Shown in pieces: positions 60,417-64,000 of a stretch of DNA of 64,000 nucleotides (the stretch's first letter is position 1; every line of letters starts with the position of its first letter). The stretch is taken from assembly GCA_965209155.1 (NCBI GenBank), contig OZ242383.1, positions 3,520,001-3,584,000 of the forward strand. The letters are read 5' to 3'. Below the pieces are notes generated by a model, which was not told the DNA's origin, ran no database searches, and was given only the letters and a program-made list of their open reading frames with translations. The position numbers and the translations under genes were made by a program. Source of the DNA: a bacterium. GTDB lineage: Bacteria > SAR324 > NAC60-12.

Positions 60417-61898
60417 GGGTGTAATTAAAAGTGAGGGGCAGAGAGAAACAGCTGGACAAGTGCTCAAAGTATATTGAAAGTGGGGGGGATTTCGAATGAT
60501 TGACCTTCAAACAGGAGTTGAAAATGTCTAAATACTTGAGTTACTCGGAACTAAGGGAGGGTGACGAGTCATCTCTTTCATTAGAAGAACGGCTGTCGAA
60601 GTATCCACACCTTCGCCGTCGGATGGAATCCATTCTGGGGATTATCGAAAATGACGATGGGAGTTGCCAAACAGCCGATGAGGCTGAGAGGCGGGCGATT
60701 GAAGAAGTGCGTAAATTGGGTCAGGAAGTGCTTCAAGGCTGGTTGGGCCATCAGTCCGATATAAAAGAAGCAGAGTCTTCTCAAAAAGCGGGTCTGATCC
60801 GAGATGGTAAAAAAAACTGTATTGGTACAGTACCTTTGGTGCCATTGGAATCGAAGAACTTGTTTTCCGGGAAGGACGGAGAGGAAAAAGACAGAGACCC
60901 TTGAGTGCCTCGATTGGCGTTCAGTGCCAGGGTTATTCAAAGCCTCTGCAGCGAGCGATGGTGGATTTTGGTGCCGATGTCTCCTTTGCAGCAGCGAGCC
61001 AGAAACTCAAGGAGCATTATGGCATTGACGTTCCTTCCAGCAGTATCCGAGCACGAACCCTCCATCACAGTCAGAGATGCTTCTCCCTGAAAGAAGAGCA
61101 GCCGTCTAGCAGGGAGCCCAGTGGGGTGGGGGTGGTGATTTTGGAAAGTGATGGCACCATGGTGCCTCTGGTAGAGACGGCAGACTCTACATTTACGGGG
61201 GATCGCAGAAAAACGCGTCAAGTGAGTTGGAAAGAAGGGATTACCTCCTTAGCTTATGCTCGAGGAAGTGTCGACCCCATTTATGCTGGAACCTTGAACG
61301 GTAGAGATGAAGCGGGTTTTCAGATGAAAGAGGTCGCTCTTGAAGCGGGACTGGGAAAGCAGACGAAGATTCATGCTTTAGGGGATGGAGCCCCTTGGAT
61401 CTGTGAAAAAATCGAAACTCATTTTGGCGCTCAGGCGAACTATCTCATTGATTTTTATCATCTCTGTGATTATCTTGGTGCAGCCTGCCAAGCCGCTTTT
61501 GAAGACGGCTCAGCGGCCCTGAAAAAACAGAAGCAAACCATGAAAAAAGGAGGAGCAGCCAACGTGTTAGAGCAGTTTAAATCCAGGCAAGAATCCGAAT
61601 CTATTCCCAATGAACAGGCCCCCATTCGCGCTTTGGTACGTTACATGAAAAATCGTTCCGGACAGTTTGAATACAAAACAGCTATTGATCAACAACTCCC
61701 TATCGGCTCTGGAAAAATTGAAAGCGCCCATCGTTCCCTCATCCAAAAACGGCTCAAACTCCCTGGCGCTTGGTGGAAAAAACAACATGCCGATCAGATG
61801 ATTCAACTCAGGGTGGCAAGAGCCAATGGAAAATGGGATTGTTATTGGCAACAACTACAAAGAGCTTAATGAGATGCCCCTCACTTTTAATTACACCC
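60417..61898 (+). mobile_element. ISKra4/IS256-like insertion sequence (1482 bp)
   Basis: Perfect 24-bp TIR GGGTGTAATTAAAAGTGAGGGGCA and 9-bp TSD ATGGGATAT (60408-60416, 61899-61907). Confidence 0.93.
60524..61869 (+). CDS. DDE transposase, probable programmed -1 frameshift at A8 (60809-60816)
   Basis: DGTMVP, GDGAPWI, IDFYH, PIGSGKIES, RLK..GAWW. The -1 frame continues KKLYWYSTFG. Confidence 0.85.
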
Positions 61899-62273
61899 AT
61901 GGGATATGAAGACGATCCGAGGTATGAAGGCAAAGCTCAACAAAAACTGAGCGACCATTGCCCTGTGGTGATGACCCTGAAACGCTGAAAAAATACAAGG
62001 GAGAAAATTTGGATAATTCAAATAATCGAAGATAACTTTAGCGATCACTTCGATATGTTTTTTGGAAAAGGCAGTTTTTGAGAGTATTGATTGATGGTAG
62101 TCGATTAACAGGGTTCATCCATCGAGGAAACGAATAAATCCCGGAACCGCTATGATTGCTTGGAAACCCTTCAGTCTCCAATCTTTGTTTAAAATTCCAA
62201 ACTTACAAGCTTGACCCCATTTCTACACTCTCTATTTCTTGCCAGCTTTCCTAGCGCACGGACTGACCCCCTT

Positions 62274-63566
62274 TTATAGCGAATCGAACGTACCAGGAAT
62301 TGCGGGATCACCTTCCCAACGCCTAAAACCGGCCAACCAATGTGCGCCTAATCCTGTTTGGTATCGGTAGTCAATTTGCGGAAACATCTTGACGGCAGTT
62401 TGATGTTGTTGCGGCCAATTGGGTGGGCTTTGTGTCGCGAACCACGCTAGAGCGATTAGATCGATTTGTTCTTCTTTGGTCAATTGCTCCAACGAGTTCT
62501 CTAAACGATTGTACGAATCTAGTTGATGATACTCATACATCAACTCAGGGGGTATAATCCGCAGTCCTGTTCCATAGCATCTGAAGTATTCGTTTGTCAA
62601 TTTGTCAATGTCGTTCTGCCATTCATTGAATGCTTTACTGAGATTTTTCACAGTTTTAAGAGATACTACTGGACGCGGATTTCGAAGTTTCGCAATTTCG
62701 ATCCAGTGTTCGATGATTTTTTTTCGTTCCTTTCGCAGCCTAAATAACTTCTTGTTTTCGTCAGACCGCTTGATCGAAGAACATAATTCCAACGACCACA
62801 AAGGAAATGCCCAACCATCAAGAAGCGTCCCGCCATCATCAGGGAAAGCATTGGGACATGGTTGTGTATTTTTCAGCTTTTTGATGGTTTTATTAACCAA
62901 ACCCATCAAATCAATCCGCGTTGAACACGGATGTGGTTCAAACCGGCGCCAAATGTCGGCTACGATACGCAACCCGCCAATGGATGTCACTCCATATTGC
63001 GAAAGCGCACGAGACACCTTCAGCGATCGCGGACTGATGTACGCACCACAATTTATGTCGGTGTGTTCAGGGAATTGCCAGCTATACTCGCCATTCTCAA
63101 GGGTTACATCTCGCACGTAATCGACGTACATCGACCAGTCGCGAGTAGATATGATGTCATTGCGAAATATCCAATCAACATCGTGCGGACCGTCCAAATA
63201 AAACCCTTCCTTTTTCAAATCGACGTAATTGCAGATATCTTTAAAATTAGCTGGTCGCCAATAACATGTATGAGCGTAAATGCCTTTTGCGATATGATTG
63301 TAGAAGCATTTCAAGGTCCGTTTTCTCTCTTTGGATTTCGAGTGGGGACATCTGACGAAATCAACCAAAACGAGGACTTTTGCTGCCTCTTCCTCAGCCA
63401 GTCCCCTCATGATATTTGATCCGTGGATTTCACTTGCGTCGTAAAGTCGATGAGCTATCCGGTCTAGATCCGAGGCATTCTCTACGATGTGTTCAATCCC
63501 TTCGGAAATGATCGGGAACAGCTGCGCGTCTGTACGTTGTAAAAGATCATTGATTGCAGGTCTCAT
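62274..63566 (-). CDS. AbiV-like (HEPN-type) abortive infection protein
   Basis: NA..L...A, AEEEAAK.L.L.D, FYNH.AK, YVD motifs. Confidence 0.65.
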   Translation of the reverse strand: MRPAINDLLQRTDAQLFPIISEGIEHIVENASDLDRIAHRLYDASEIHGSNIMRGLAEEEAAKVLVLVDFVRCPHSKSKERKRTLKCFYNHIAKGIYAHTCYWRPANFKDICNYVDLKKEGFYLDGPHDVDWIFRNDIISTRDWSMYVDYVRDVTLENGEYSWQFPEHTDINCGAYISPRSLKVSRALSQYGVTSIGGLRIVADIWRRFEPHPCSTRIDLMGLVNKTIKKLKNTQPCPNAFPDDGGTLLDGWAFPLWSLELCSSIKRSDENKKLFRLRKERKKIIEHWIEIAKLRNPRPVVSLKTVKNLSKAFNEWQNDIDKLTNEYFRCYGTGLRIIPPELMYEYHQLDSYNRLENSLEQLTKEEQIDLIALAWFATQSPPNWPQQHQTAVKMFPQIDYRYQTGLGAHWLAGFRRWEGDPAIPGTFDSL

Positions 63567-63768
63567 TTTCCTTACCTCTTCTACATTGGAAAATTAAAAA
63601 CTATACAGGATGGGGAAAAAAGTGTGAAGTTACTATGTAACCTGAGTTTATTTCCACAATTGCCGCGATTTCACCCTCGAATAATGGGGGCAGGCCTGAA
63701 AGTTTGGAAAAGTAGCGTTATTTTTTTCTTTAAATCGATTTAACTTTCCTTCTCGCTTGTTTCTGAAG

Positions 63769-64000
63769 ATGGCTCGTAAACCACGCCTTTACTATCCGGG
63801 TGCGCTTTACAATGTGATGCTTCATGGCAATGGAGCGCAATTCATTTTTTTTCAGTACCCCCGACTATCGACAATTATATCAATTGCTCCAAGAAGGTTC
63901 CCAACGCTTTGATCATCGGATTCACGTCTTTTGTTTAATGAGCAATCATGTACATTTGGCCATTGAAGTGAGCGAGACTCCTCTTGCTCCGATCATGCAA
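63769..64000 (+). pseudogene. REP-associated tyrosine transposase (RAYT/Y1), frameshifted at T8 63845-63852 and cut by the window end
   Basis: MARKPRLYYPGALY.V..GN..QFIF, then in the shifted frame FCLMSNHVHL (HuH motif). Confidence 0.82.

Larger units (their letters stand above)
59478..61988 (+). pseudogene. Exported endonuclease/exonuclease/phosphatase (EEP) family gene interrupted by an IS
   Basis: ASWNI, DILALQEI, HLKS, GDFN, IDF lie before the IS. ..EDDPRYEGKAQQKLSDHCPV* lies after it (61908-61988). Confidence 0.88.

Overview
Bacterial chromosomal window with no rRNA, tRNA or CRISPR array detected. The gene mix is loosely Deltaproteobacteria/SAR324-like, which is an impression only. Housekeeping and metabolic genes (fadAB, moaE, guaA, gcvH, glycerate kinase, acs, dacB, clpB, phoX, 5-oxoprolinase, class V aminotransferase, XPB-like helicase) are interleaved with many mobile or palindromic elements and defence genes. 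Main points: (1) A ~567-bp non-autonomous element occurs four times. It has IS200/IS605-type terminal hairpins but carries a four-helix-bundle (23S-IVS/bAvd-like) gene between 20-bp inverted repeats instead of a transposase. One copy splits a PIN toxin gene, one sits inside another miniature element, one has its cargo flipped, and every copy of the cargo gene has a different lesion. (2) A defence island at ~34.5-44.2 kb holds an attC-bounded Nmad2-Nmad3 two-gene cassette; a CBASS operon (patatin, CD-NTase, and an E2-like protein whose SEC-C zinc-finger tail lies behind a 1-nt homopolymer frameshift); a divergent HTH plus ImmA/IrrE regulator pair; and an MmeI-like RM enzyme. (3) Two perfect CIRCE operators are present, one at clpB and one unexpectedly at an MFS transporter. 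(4) An ISKra4-like IS with a 9-bp TSD cuts the catalytic SDH motif off an EEP nuclease. (5) An AbiV-like gene is flanked by REP-like inverted repeats next to a RAYT gene. All family calls come from motif recognition by eye, not database searches. Several single-base frameshifts may be sequencing errors.
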